From positions 36,567-100,566 of the forward strand of contig JAGAHV010000159.1 of assembly GCA_017626895.1 (NCBI GenBank): 64,000 bases of DNA, written 5' to 3'. The translations under genes and the position numbers were made by a program. Each line of letters starts with the position of its first letter. Positions within the stretch are counted from its first letter, which is position 1. Below are positions 53,149-61,104 of this stretch, piece after piece. The notes under the pieces were generated by a model. That model searched no databases. It worked only from the letters and a program-made list of their open reading frames with translations, and had not been told where the DNA came from. The DNA is from Clostridia bacterium. Lineage in GTDB: Bacteria > Bacillota > Clostridia > Christensenellales > Aristaeellaceae.

Positions 53149-53177
53149 TTACAATATCCCCTCAGATAAGTTATAAT
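53149..53177 (+). promoter_or_regulatory. Candidate promoter of the second ABC importer operon
   Basis: TTACAA (53149-53154), a 17-nt spacer, then TATAAT (53172-53177). Confidence 0.5.
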
Positions 53178-53227
53178 AGGTACACATGGAACAGACGTTC
53201 CAGAATAATTCAAGGAGGATCTGAAGA

Positions 53228-54487
53228 ATGAAAAAACTGGTTGCTCTTATTCTGGCCGTAACCGTGCTGCTCAGCGTTGCCGTTCTGGCAATGGCGGATG
53301 ACATTACACTTGATGTCATCATTGCACAGTATGGACCTAAGACACAGGACTGGTTCCTCGGAACCGCCATGGACGGCTCCAACTTCAAAGCCAAATTTGA
53401 AGAGGCCAACCCCGGCGTCAAGCTTAATCTTGAAGTCGTGTCCTGGAATGACCTTTACACGGTCGTCTCTACCCGCATCAGCAACAACAATGCTCCGGAC
53501 ATCCTGAACATTGACGTGTTTGCGGATTATGCCAATGAAGGCCTGCTCCTCCCGGTCAGCGACTACTGCCCGGAAGAGCTCTACAAGGACTTCTTCCCCA
53601 GCTTCATTCAGGAATCCGTGATTGACGGAACCGTATGGGCCGTTCCGGATCTCGCATCCGCCCGTGCGCTCTATTACAATGTGGATCTGCTGAAGGAAGC
53701 CGGCGTCGAAGCCGTTCCCACCACCTGGGCCGAACTCGAAGATGCCGCACAGGCCATCGTCGATTTCTACGGCGGCGAAGTGTATCCCTGGGGCATCGAC
53801 ATGACCACGGATGAAGGCCAGGCGGCTTTTGCTTACTACACCTGGGCCAACAACGGCGGTTTCGTTGATGAAAAGGGCGACTGGGCACTCAACAGCGACG
53901 CCAACGTCGAAGCGATTGAGTATGCGCTCAGCCTGGTTAAGAATGGCTACACCAACCCGAATCCGGCCACCCAGACCCGTTACGATCTGCAGGATATGTT
54001 CGGTGCCGGCAAGCTGGCCATGGTCATCGCGCCCAACTCCGTTCCTGCCTATATCGCTGAAAAAGGTTATACCGGCGTTAACTTTGCCACCGCTTCCATT
54101 CCTCACAACGAGGGTGCCAGCTCCAGCTCCGTCGGCGTCATGGACCGCATCATGGCCTTCCGTGATGACAGCGCTGATCAGGCTGCCCGCAACGAAGCCA
54201 TCGGCAAGTTCCTGACCTTCTTCTATGATCCCGCCAATTATGTCGGCTGGGTCTCCATGGAAGGCTTCCTGCCCGCCGTCAATTCCGCTGTGGGTGCACT
54301 GGTTGAATCCGATCCTTCCTTCGAAGCATGGCTGAGCGTTCTTGACAGCGCCAAGTTCTATCCGACCACCAAGGCGGAGTGGAACGACGTGAAGCAGGGT
54401 GTCATCGCTGTGGAGCAGAGTGCTCTTACCGGCGGCGACGTCCGTCAGCTGCTCAATGAACTCCAGGCAAAGGTCAGTGCCAAATAA
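53228..54487 (+). CDS. ABC transporter extracellular solute-binding protein (carbohydrate type)
   Basis: ORF track, 419 aa. The signal peptide is MKKLVALILAVTVLLSVAVLAMA. RBS AAGGAGGA. Confidence 0.85.
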   Translation: MKKLVALILAVTVLLSVAVLAMADDITLDVIIAQYGPKTQDWFLGTAMDGSNFKAKFEEANPGVKLNLEVVSWNDLYTVVSTRISNNNAPDILNIDVFADYANEGLLLPVSDYCPEELYKDFFPSFIQESVIDGTVWAVPDLASARALYYNVDLLKEAGVEAVPTTWAELEDAAQAIVDFYGGEVYPWGIDMTTDEGQAAFAYYTWANNGGFVDEKGDWALNSDANVEAIEYALSLVKNGYTNPNPATQTRYDLQDMFGAGKLAMVIAPNSVPAYIAEKGYTGVNFATASIPHNEGASSSSVGVMDRIMAFRDDSADQAARNEAIGKFLTFFYDPANYVGWVSMEGFLPAVNSAVGALVESDPSFEAWLSVLDSAKFYPTTKAEWNDVKQGVIAVEQSALTGGDVRQLLNELQAKVSAK

Positions 54488-54501
54488 CTTCTCCTCGTTT
54501 C

Positions 54502-54529
54502 GGGAGGTCGGGTTTCCCGGCCTCCCTTT
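54502..54529 (+). terminator. Intra-operon hairpin after the SBP gene (attenuator or processing site candidate)
   Basis: GGGAGG-T-CGGG-ttt-CCCG-G-CCTCCC followed by TTTC. It occupies the same position as the hairpin at 5096-5121 in the first ABC operon. Confidence 0.5.
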
Positions 54530-54544
54530 CTGCTGATTTGAGAG

Positions 54545-55441
54545 GTGAACGCTTTGAATAACATTTTCGTCCGGCACAAATGGGATCCCTATCTCTGGAT
54601 CCTCCCCAGTGTTCTTCTCATGCTGATTTTTGTCATTTTCCCCATCGGTATCGTTTTCCGTCTCGCATTCAGTGATATCAGCCGGGCCGGTGTCGTTGGC
54701 GAGTTTATCGGTCTTGGCAACTTTATCAGCGCCGTTTCCGCCCCTGTTTTCCCCACCGTCCTGATGAATACCTTCATCTGGGTTGTTTCGGTGGTCGGTC
54801 TTTCCACGCTTATCGGATTTACTGTCGCCATGGTTCTCAACCAGCCGTTTTACGGGCGTAAAATTGCCCGTTCCATCATCGTCTTTCCCTGGGCTGCCTC
54901 ACTGGTCATCCAGGCCTCGGTCTGGAACTACATCATCAAGATGGAATATGGCAACCTGAACAACATTCTGCTTAATTTCGGCGTCATCAAAAACGCCATT
55001 AACTGGCGTGCCACTTATCAGATTGAGTTTATCTGGGAATGTGTCATCGGCATCATTGTTACCATTCCTTTTGTCACTTTCACCGTGCTCTCCGGCCTGC
55101 AGTCCATTGATTCATCCTACTATGAGGCTGCAACGGTTGACGGAGCCTCCTTTGGTCAGAAGCTGTTCAACATCACCCTTCCCCTGGTCCGCCCCTCCCT
55201 GACCGTCAGTACGGTGCTTAATATAATCTACGTTTTCAACTCCTTCCCGATTATCTACACCATTACCAAGGGTGCCCCGGCCAACAAAACGGACACCATG
55301 GTTACCTATCTGTACATGCTGGCCTTTTATGACCAGAAAAAAGGGCCGGCAACCGCCCTCTCCGTCATTGGTTTTCTCATACTCTGCTTTGCCTCCAGCA
55401 TCTACATGATCGTCACCATGCGAAAGGAGGAGGCACTGTGA
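54545..55441 (+). CDS. ABC transporter permease (MalF/UgpA-like)
   Basis: ORF track, 298 aa. The start is GTG at 54545 or TTG at 54554, after GAGAGGTGA. The EAA-type loop is YYEAATVDGASFGQKLFNITLPL. Confidence 0.85.
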   Translation: MNALNNIFVRHKWDPYLWILPSVLLMLIFVIFPIGIVFRLAFSDISRAGVVGEFIGLGNFISAVSAPVFPTVLMNTFIWVVSVVGLSTLIGFTVAMVLNQPFYGRKIARSIIVFPWAASLVIQASVWNYIIKMEYGNLNNILLNFGVIKNAINWRATYQIEFIWECVIGIIVTIPFVTFTVLSGLQSIDSSYYEAATVDGASFGQKLFNITLPLVRPSLTVSTVLNIIYVFNSFPIIYTITKGAPANKTDTMVTYLYMLAFYDQKKGPATALSVIGFLILCFASSIYMIVTMRKEEAL

Positions 55442-57018
55442 TCAAAGAACGACGGCTCATTGCCTCTTTCTGCTTCGTCTCCTTTCTGTTCCTCCTGCTG
55501 ATCCTTTTCCTGCCGCTGTTCAGCTTTCAGAGCTCCCTTTACACCAAACGCTCCGCCAACACCTTTGTCGGAGATGAAAAGTACCTCGCGGTCCGTGCGG
55601 AAATCGAATCCGAGGCAGCCGCCTATCAGGAAAAAGGAATTGAGACCACCATTTCCGAACAGGTGACGGAGCGAACCAACAGCAAGGGAAAGAAAACCTC
55701 CATGGTCGCCTTTTCCCTGCTCTCAACGGATATCCGCAGCGGATGGCAGCTGCTGGCCTCTCCTTTTGCGTGCGGCCGCATTCTCTTTCTCTGCCTCATC
55801 CTTTTTGGCATCCTGCTTCTTTTTATCTGCCTGGGCCTGGCCGCTACCAGAGGAATCGCCATTCGCAAATTCAATACCTTCCATCATCTCCTTCTGGATA
55901 TCCCGATTGCCGCATCCGTGCTTCTGCTCTTCAGTGTTCCTGCCTTCGCCCTGTCACTCAATCTGAGCTTTGGCCGGAATGTAACGCTCGCGCTTTCGCA
56001 GAACCTGCCTGAAAGTGACATTGCCGCTCTGTTTTCGGGGCTAGATCAGTTCCTGTTTGGCGACGCAGCCGGTGACAAGCTGTCCGACATGCTGGGCACC
56101 TTTTCCTTCCGGCTGAATCCGGTTTACTGGTGCCTTCTGGCCGCCGTGGTGGTCACCCTTGTCTGTACGCTCAGACTCCGTTTCGGGCAGATCAGACAGC
56201 CTTTCCTCCGTCTTCTTCTTTACCTGGCGGTAGTTGCTTTCTCCATGTTTATCCTTTATCCGTTCTTTGTCATGTTCATCACCGCGTTCCGCAGCAATGC
56301 GGAAACCACCGACATGTACTTCCTGCACGTTCTGCCGACGAAGTGGATCTGGTCAAACCTTAAGGATACCCTCGAGCGGGGCGTCCTGCGTTACCTGATC
56401 AACTCCCTGCTGATTGCCGGCGGCGCCACGGCCATCGCCATGCTCTGCGGCATTCCTGCCGCCTACGCCATGGCCCGCATGAATTTCAGGGCAAAAAAAG
56501 CCTATCTGGGCTTTATCATCATGAGTCAGATGTTTTCCCCTGTCGTTCTCCTGGTCGGCATTTCCCGCCTGATGAACACCCTTCACCTGAACGATTCCCT
56601 CATTGGCCTGATGTTCATCAATGCGGCGTTTAACCAGGCGTTTGCCATCTGGCTGCTGCGCGGGACATTTGTTTCCATCTCCTCCGAAATGGAGCAGGCG
56701 GCCTGTATCGACGGCTGCAGCACCGTCTCCGCCCTGCTTCGAATTCTCATTCCCATCGCCAGTCCGGGCATCGTCACAACGCTCATTTTCGTCTTTATCA
56801 ATTCATGGAATGAATACACCATTTCCACGGTTTTGATCTCTACCCAGACCAACCGGCCGATTACGGTCGGCATCACCCAGTTTTCAAGCTTCAACATGAT
56901 TGAATGGCAGTACCTTTTCGCCGCAGCACTGCTGGCCACCGTTCCGGTCGTCATTCTCTTTATGCTGATAGAAAAGCATCTGGCAGCTGGTCTAACTGCC
57001 GGCGGCGTCAAAGGCTAA
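55438..57018 (+). CDS. ABC transporter permease (MalG-like core) with an N-terminal membrane extension of about 250 aa
   Basis: ORF track, 526 aa. The GTG start overlaps the upstream stop (GTGA). The core from about aa 255 reads LYLAVVAFSMFILYPFFVMFITAF...EMEQAACIDGCSTVSALLRILIPI. The first ~250 aa contain 4-5 additional hydrophobic helices and a charged loop. Confidence 0.8.
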   Translation: MIKERRLIASFCFVSFLFLLLILFLPLFSFQSSLYTKRSANTFVGDEKYLAVRAEIESEAAAYQEKGIETTISEQVTERTNSKGKKTSMVAFSLLSTDIRSGWQLLASPFACGRILFLCLILFGILLLFICLGLAATRGIAIRKFNTFHHLLLDIPIAASVLLLFSVPAFALSLNLSFGRNVTLALSQNLPESDIAALFSGLDQFLFGDAAGDKLSDMLGTFSFRLNPVYWCLLAAVVVTLVCTLRLRFGQIRQPFLRLLLYLAVVAFSMFILYPFFVMFITAFRSNAETTDMYFLHVLPTKWIWSNLKDTLERGVLRYLINSLLIAGGATAIAMLCGIPAAYAMARMNFRAKKAYLGFIIMSQMFSPVVLLVGISRLMNTLHLNDSLIGLMFINAAFNQAFAIWLLRGTFVSISSEMEQAACIDGCSTVSALLRILIPIASPGIVTTLIFVFINSWNEYTISTVLISTQTNRPITVGITQFSSFNMIEWQYLFAAALLATVPVVILFMLIEKHLAAGLTAGGVKG

Positions 57019-57023
57019 ATGCA

Positions 57024-57062
57024 AAGCGTCCGTTTCCCCATAAGGAAACGGACGCTTTTAAT
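57024..57062. terminator. Bidirectional terminator between the permease and the GGDEF-EAL gene
   Basis: AAAGCGTCCGTTTCC-ccataa-GGAAACGGACGCTTTT. Confidence 0.8.
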
Positions 57063-57097
57063 TGACGCGATCCGGAGATGGCTGTCTCCGGGCATGT

Positions 57098-58816
57098 TCA
57101 GATCTCTGCATATTCCATGTGGCTGAGCCGGCTTTCAAAGACCTTCACCGACAGCGGCCTGTCATAGTAGAATCCCTGCGCCAGATTGCAGGCATTCTCT
57201 CTCAGTGTTTTTACCTGTTCCTTCGTTTCCACGCCCTCTGCCACACACTCAAGGCCGAGTTCACGGGCCATGGCGATCACGTATTTGAAGAGGACACTGT
57301 TCCGGTTATCCACATCCGAATTGTCCCCGGGGAGGAAACTCTTATCTACCTTAAGCACATTCCACGGGATTTCCCTCAGCAGATTCAGCGAGGAATACCC
57401 GATTCCGAAATCATCCACTGATGCACTGATTCCGGCCCGCTGAAGTCCCCGGACGATGCTCTTCAGTTCACGGAATTCCACGTCTGTCGTCGTTTCCGTC
57501 AGCTCAATCTCAATATACTCGTGCGGAACCTGATGCCGGTCAATGATCTCAATAATATGATCGAACAGATCCGCATCCACCATGTGTTTCCGGGACAGAT
57601 TGACGGACACGCGAACCACATTCCGTCCCTCATCCAGCCAGCGGCGAATATCCCGGCACACATGGTCCAGCATGTAAAAATCCAGCTGACAGATGTCAAG
57701 ACTGCGTTCAAGCACGGGGATAAACTCGGTCGGCGGGATTATTGTCCCGTCATGACGCCAGCGGCAAAGGGCTTCCGCACCGGAAAGCCGGTTTCCGAAA
57801 ACGTCAATTTTCGGCTGATAGTACACCAGAAACTCTTCGTTTTCGAGTGCCTGCCGGAACATCTGCTGAATGCGAACGACCCTTTCTTTTTCCGAAAGAA
57901 TATCCTCGTTGCTGAATACAATTTCCGCTCCGCCGCCGTTTCTTGCTGTATCATAGGCAGCCATGATCCGATTCAGGATATCATCCACGTCCTTATAGCC
58001 ATCCGGAATGTTGAAAAAGCCCGCCGCACACATGACTCCCGTTCTTTTTCCCGTGTCTACATCATACACAACCGAGCTTGACTCAAGACACTTCAAAACA
58101 ACATCCATCTTTTCCGTTCTGCAGGCCAAAACGAAATTATCCCCGCCCAGGCGGCAGACAACACCCTCACTGCCAATCTGATCCTGCAGCAGTTTAACAT
58201 AGTTTTTCATCAGAATGTTGCAGGCCATCCGTCCCAGTTCCTGATTCAGTCTGGAAAAACGGCGGATATTGAAGCGCGCTGCGGTCATCCCCTTGAGGCC
58301 GTCCGGTTCTGACTTTTCCCGCAGGTAACGGAGAAAATAACGGACATTGCGGTACCCGTCATCATCATAAAAGGTGAGCCGATCAACCTCGCCGCTGAGA
58401 CGGTTCTTGGACAGAAACGTCAGCATCAGCTTCTGAATGCGCCGGATCCGCTCCATCTCCTGCGGCGTCCACGGTTCCTGTCCCTCTTCAATATACACAT
58501 CGCACTGACCGATCATCAGAGAAGGCAGCTCGGCTCGTTCACGGGAAACGAGCCTCGAGGGTTTTCCGTTGTCATAACCGATGAACTCCTCCACCTTTCC
58601 CAGCCGCTCATGCATCGGCGAACGGTAAAAAGAGGTGACACCTTTGGCTACCCGAAGCAGTTTGCACAGATCTGCCATCGCGTCATAGATTGCTTTCAGA
58701 TCAGAGATTTCCGGAAGGGTAATCCGATCCAGAAGCGTATCCATGTACGCGGAATACTCCGCCTGATGGGGATATACGACTTCCTTCGGCAATTGATTAT
58801 CTGAAGTATGATTCAT
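57098..58816 (-). CDS. GGDEF (degenerate) - EAL domain c-di-GMP signalling protein
   Basis: ORF 57098-58864. The ATG at 58816 (MNHTSDNQ...) is a likely start. It has RLGGDNFVLAC in place of GG(D/E)EF. The EAL domain carries GAEALCRW, YIEIELTE and DDFGIGYSSL. Confidence 0.85.
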   Translation of the reverse strand: MNHTSDNQLPKEVVYPHQAEYSAYMDTLLDRITLPEISDLKAIYDAMADLCKLLRVAKGVTSFYRSPMHERLGKVEEFIGYDNGKPSRLVSRERAELPSLMIGQCDVYIEEGQEPWTPQEMERIRRIQKLMLTFLSKNRLSGEVDRLTFYDDDGYRNVRYFLRYLREKSEPDGLKGMTAARFNIRRFSRLNQELGRMACNILMKNYVKLLQDQIGSEGVVCRLGGDNFVLACRTEKMDVVLKCLESSSVVYDVDTGKRTGVMCAAGFFNIPDGYKDVDDILNRIMAAYDTARNGGGAEIVFSNEDILSEKERVVRIQQMFRQALENEEFLVYYQPKIDVFGNRLSGAEALCRWRHDGTIIPPTEFIPVLERSLDICQLDFYMLDHVCRDIRRWLDEGRNVVRVSVNLSRKHMVDADLFDHIIEIIDRHQVPHEYIEIELTETTTDVEFRELKSIVRGLQRAGISASVDDFGIGYSSLNLLREIPWNVLKVDKSFLPGDNSDVDNRNSVLFKYVIAMARELGLECVAEGVETKEQVKTLRENACNLAQGFYYDRPLSVKVFESRLSHMEYAEI

Positions 58817-58924
58817 AGATTTTCCCTTCCCTGAAAACAGGCATTCATGGCCAATCCGCCTCAAAATGACCTGCCTGCCGGCAATATTGGCTGAGGCGTG
58901 ATGGTTCAGTATACCGAGACCCTT

Positions 58925-59356
58925 TCAGGCCTCTGCTTTATGTGCAATAAGAAATCCATTTTCACGAAAGAAACGTTCAAATCCACACCGTTTCATTCGC
59001 ACAATGGAACGCATCATGCCGAATTTGCAGCTGCACGGCATAATAAACCGTCCTTTTGGGGTAAGCACACGGTGAATCTCCCGGAAATCCTTCACCTCTT
59101 CCGATGACACAACGACATCAAAACGGCTGTCATGAAAATACAGCGAATGGTGCCCGCCAAGGAAAAATTCGGCTTTTCCAATCCCTTTTCCGCGCGCAGC
59201 AGCAAGATGGTCCCTGATTTCTGTAATCCCTGTAAATAAAGCATCATGCCGCTCTGCAAGTCCCCTGATCATTTCACCTTCTCCGCAGCTGATGTGCAGA
59301 AGATGTTTGAAATCCGGCGGAAGCATTGCAGCCATTTGATTCAGGCTGATGTTCAT
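58925..59356 (-). CDS. Small class I SAM-dependent methyltransferase
   Basis: ORF track, 143 aa. The SAM motif is LLHISCGEGEM and the tail is LTPKGRFIM. Confidence 0.7.
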   Translation of the reverse strand: MNISLNQMAAMLPPDFKHLLHISCGEGEMIRGLAERHDALFTGITEIRDHLAAARGKGIGKAEFFLGGHHSLYFHDSRFDVVVSSEEVKDFREIHRVLTPKGRFIMPCSCKFGMMRSIVRMKRCGFERFFRENGFLIAHKAEA

Positions 59357-59675
59357 GTGTTTGTCCTTTCATTCGGTCAACTGGTACTGACGTCCGTATT
59401 TCAAACTCTTATGCGTTCCAATCAGACAAATCCACCGGTTCCGGACAATCCGATTCCGAAATCCGTTTGGAGATTCTAACGGGTCATTTCAATCAAAATC
59501 CTCTTGCAATAACCTCATTCTATTTTGTTGCTAAATATCTGTCAATCCTCTCCGTCACATTTTTCCAGATTCTGTTCTAAAACTGTGTACGATTTTTTTT
59601 GCCGTTCCGCTTGTTTGGCCGTTCCCTGTTCCCGATCATTTTTCTGACCGTTTTCTCTCTGACAAACGGTTGTCC

Positions 59676-60014
59676 TTACTCGGTTTCATCCTCTTCCTCA
59701 TCCGGCCGTTCAAACATCAGCCAGGCATTGTATCTGGCCTGTGCCTCCTGGCTCTTTTTCCGTTCACGCCAGGCTTCCACATCCGAACAGATGGCCAGCA
59801 TTTCATCCACCAGCATCTCCTCACTGGTCGGGCGTACCCCTCTCACATAGGCATTCATCCGGTCTATGGCCCTGGGACTTCCCAGCTGCTGGGCAATCAC
59901 GGATCCCAGTTCCTCTGAAAAACCCAGTGCCCGAATCGACTGAACCAGCCGGTCTCTGGCCTCCTGCCAGATTCTCTGATTATCTGTCACTCCACTTTCC
60001 CCTTTCCCCTGCAT
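59676..60014 (-). CDS. Hypothetical small acidic-tailed protein
   Basis: ORF track, 112 aa. I recognise no family. Codon usage looks like the neighbours. The C-terminus is ERPDEEEDETE. Confidence 0.5.
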   Translation of the reverse strand: MQGKGESGVTDNQRIWQEARDRLVQSIRALGFSEELGSVIAQQLGSPRAIDRMNAYVRGVRPTSEEMLVDEMLAICSDVEAWRERKKSQEAQARYNAWLMFERPDEEEDETE

Positions 60015-60034
60015 TTGGCCGCACGGCCAAATGC
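60011..60034. promoter_or_regulatory. Perfect 11-bp-arm palindrome spanning the start codon of ORF 59676-60014
   Basis: GCATTTGGCCG-ca-CGGCCAAATGC. The ATG of the small ORF (60014-60012, minus strand) lies inside the left arm. Confidence 0.6.
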
Positions 60035-60189
60035 ACCTCTCTCTGTGCGATTATACGTTGCGGAAGGGATTTCATCAAGCCAAAGATCGCTTTACATTCT
60101 CCGGTTCCGGCTTTATAATGGCTGACGACCGAACCATTTGTTTCCTTTCATCATCACCTGAACAGGAACAGCAAGAATAGGAGACTTTC

Positions 60190-61056
60190 ATGTATCGTTA
60201 CGAAACGCATCTGCATACTGTCGAGTCCAGCGCCTGCGGTGTGACCCCCGGCAGCGAATATCCCGCCATTTTCAAATCCAGGGGCTATGACGGCATCTTC
60301 ATCACCGATCATTTCTTTCACGGAAATACAAGACCCTCGAGAGAGCTCCCCTGGCCGGAATATGTGGATGCCTATACAAAAGGCTATGAAAAGGCCAAAA
60401 AAGCCGGCGACGCCATTGGCTTTAAGGTTTTCTTCGGCATTGAGGAAAACTTTAGCGGCGATGAATACCTGATTTACGGCGTGGACAAAGCATTCCTCCT
60501 CGCCCATCCCGATATTCCTCACTGGACCCGCGAAGAGATGATCTCATGGGTCCATGCGGCCGGCGGTGCCGTCATTCAGGCCCACCCGTTCCGCGACCGG
60601 CCGTATATCAAGATGATTCATCTTCATCCCGAGGGGATTGAAGGCATCGAGGGGATTAACACCGCCAATACCGCCAACGACAATCTGGCCGCCCTGTGTT
60701 ACGCCCTCCGGCATCATCTCCTGATTCAGGCCGGTTCAGATACCCATGACAAAGCGAAAATTGGCGAGATGAACGGCGGCATTCTCTGTGAGCAGCCCAT
60801 CACCTCCTCCCGTGATTATGCCGCCCGCCTGCGGAGCGGTGAGAAGCCCCGCATCTTCTATCCCGAGGCTCTCTTTGCGGACATGCCGGGCGTCCAGGTG
60901 CACCTCCCCGCCGAAATCTGCCGGGATAATCGGTGGGAGCCCCTGCCGACGGAGGAAATCATGAGCTGGATTGCCGCAGCCGGTGCCCAGGCCGGTGAGG
61001 CCGGAAATCAGCCGGAGGGCATCGTCCGGCAGATCATCACCCGGCTGGGTGCCTGA
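60190..61056 (+). CDS. PHP-domain metal-dependent phosphoesterase
   Basis: ORF track, 288 aa. The motifs are YETHLHTVESSACG, IFITDHFF, QAHPFR and GSDTHD. RBS TAGGAGA. Confidence 0.8.
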   Translation: MYRYETHLHTVESSACGVTPGSEYPAIFKSRGYDGIFITDHFFHGNTRPSRELPWPEYVDAYTKGYEKAKKAGDAIGFKVFFGIEENFSGDEYLIYGVDKAFLLAHPDIPHWTREEMISWVHAAGGAVIQAHPFRDRPYIKMIHLHPEGIEGIEGINTANTANDNLAALCYALRHHLLIQAGSDTHDKAKIGEMNGGILCEQPITSSRDYAARLRSGEKPRIFYPEALFADMPGVQVHLPAEICRDNRWEPLPTEEIMSWIAAAGAQAGEAGNQPEGIVRQIITRLGA

Positions 61057-61070
61057 ATTCGGATAACCGC

Positions 61071-61104
61071 AAAAACAGCAGGAACTTTCGTTCCTGCTGT
61101 TTTT
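61071..61104. terminator. Bidirectional terminator between the PHP gene and the histidine kinase gene
   Basis: AAAAACAGCAGGAAC-tttc-GTTCCTGCTGTTTTT. Confidence 0.8.

Noticed and set aside
53210-54577. A 455-aa minus-strand ORF
   Set aside because: It is antisense to the second solute-binding protein gene (signal peptide, strong RBS). It is Gly/Val/Asp-rich shadow sequence.
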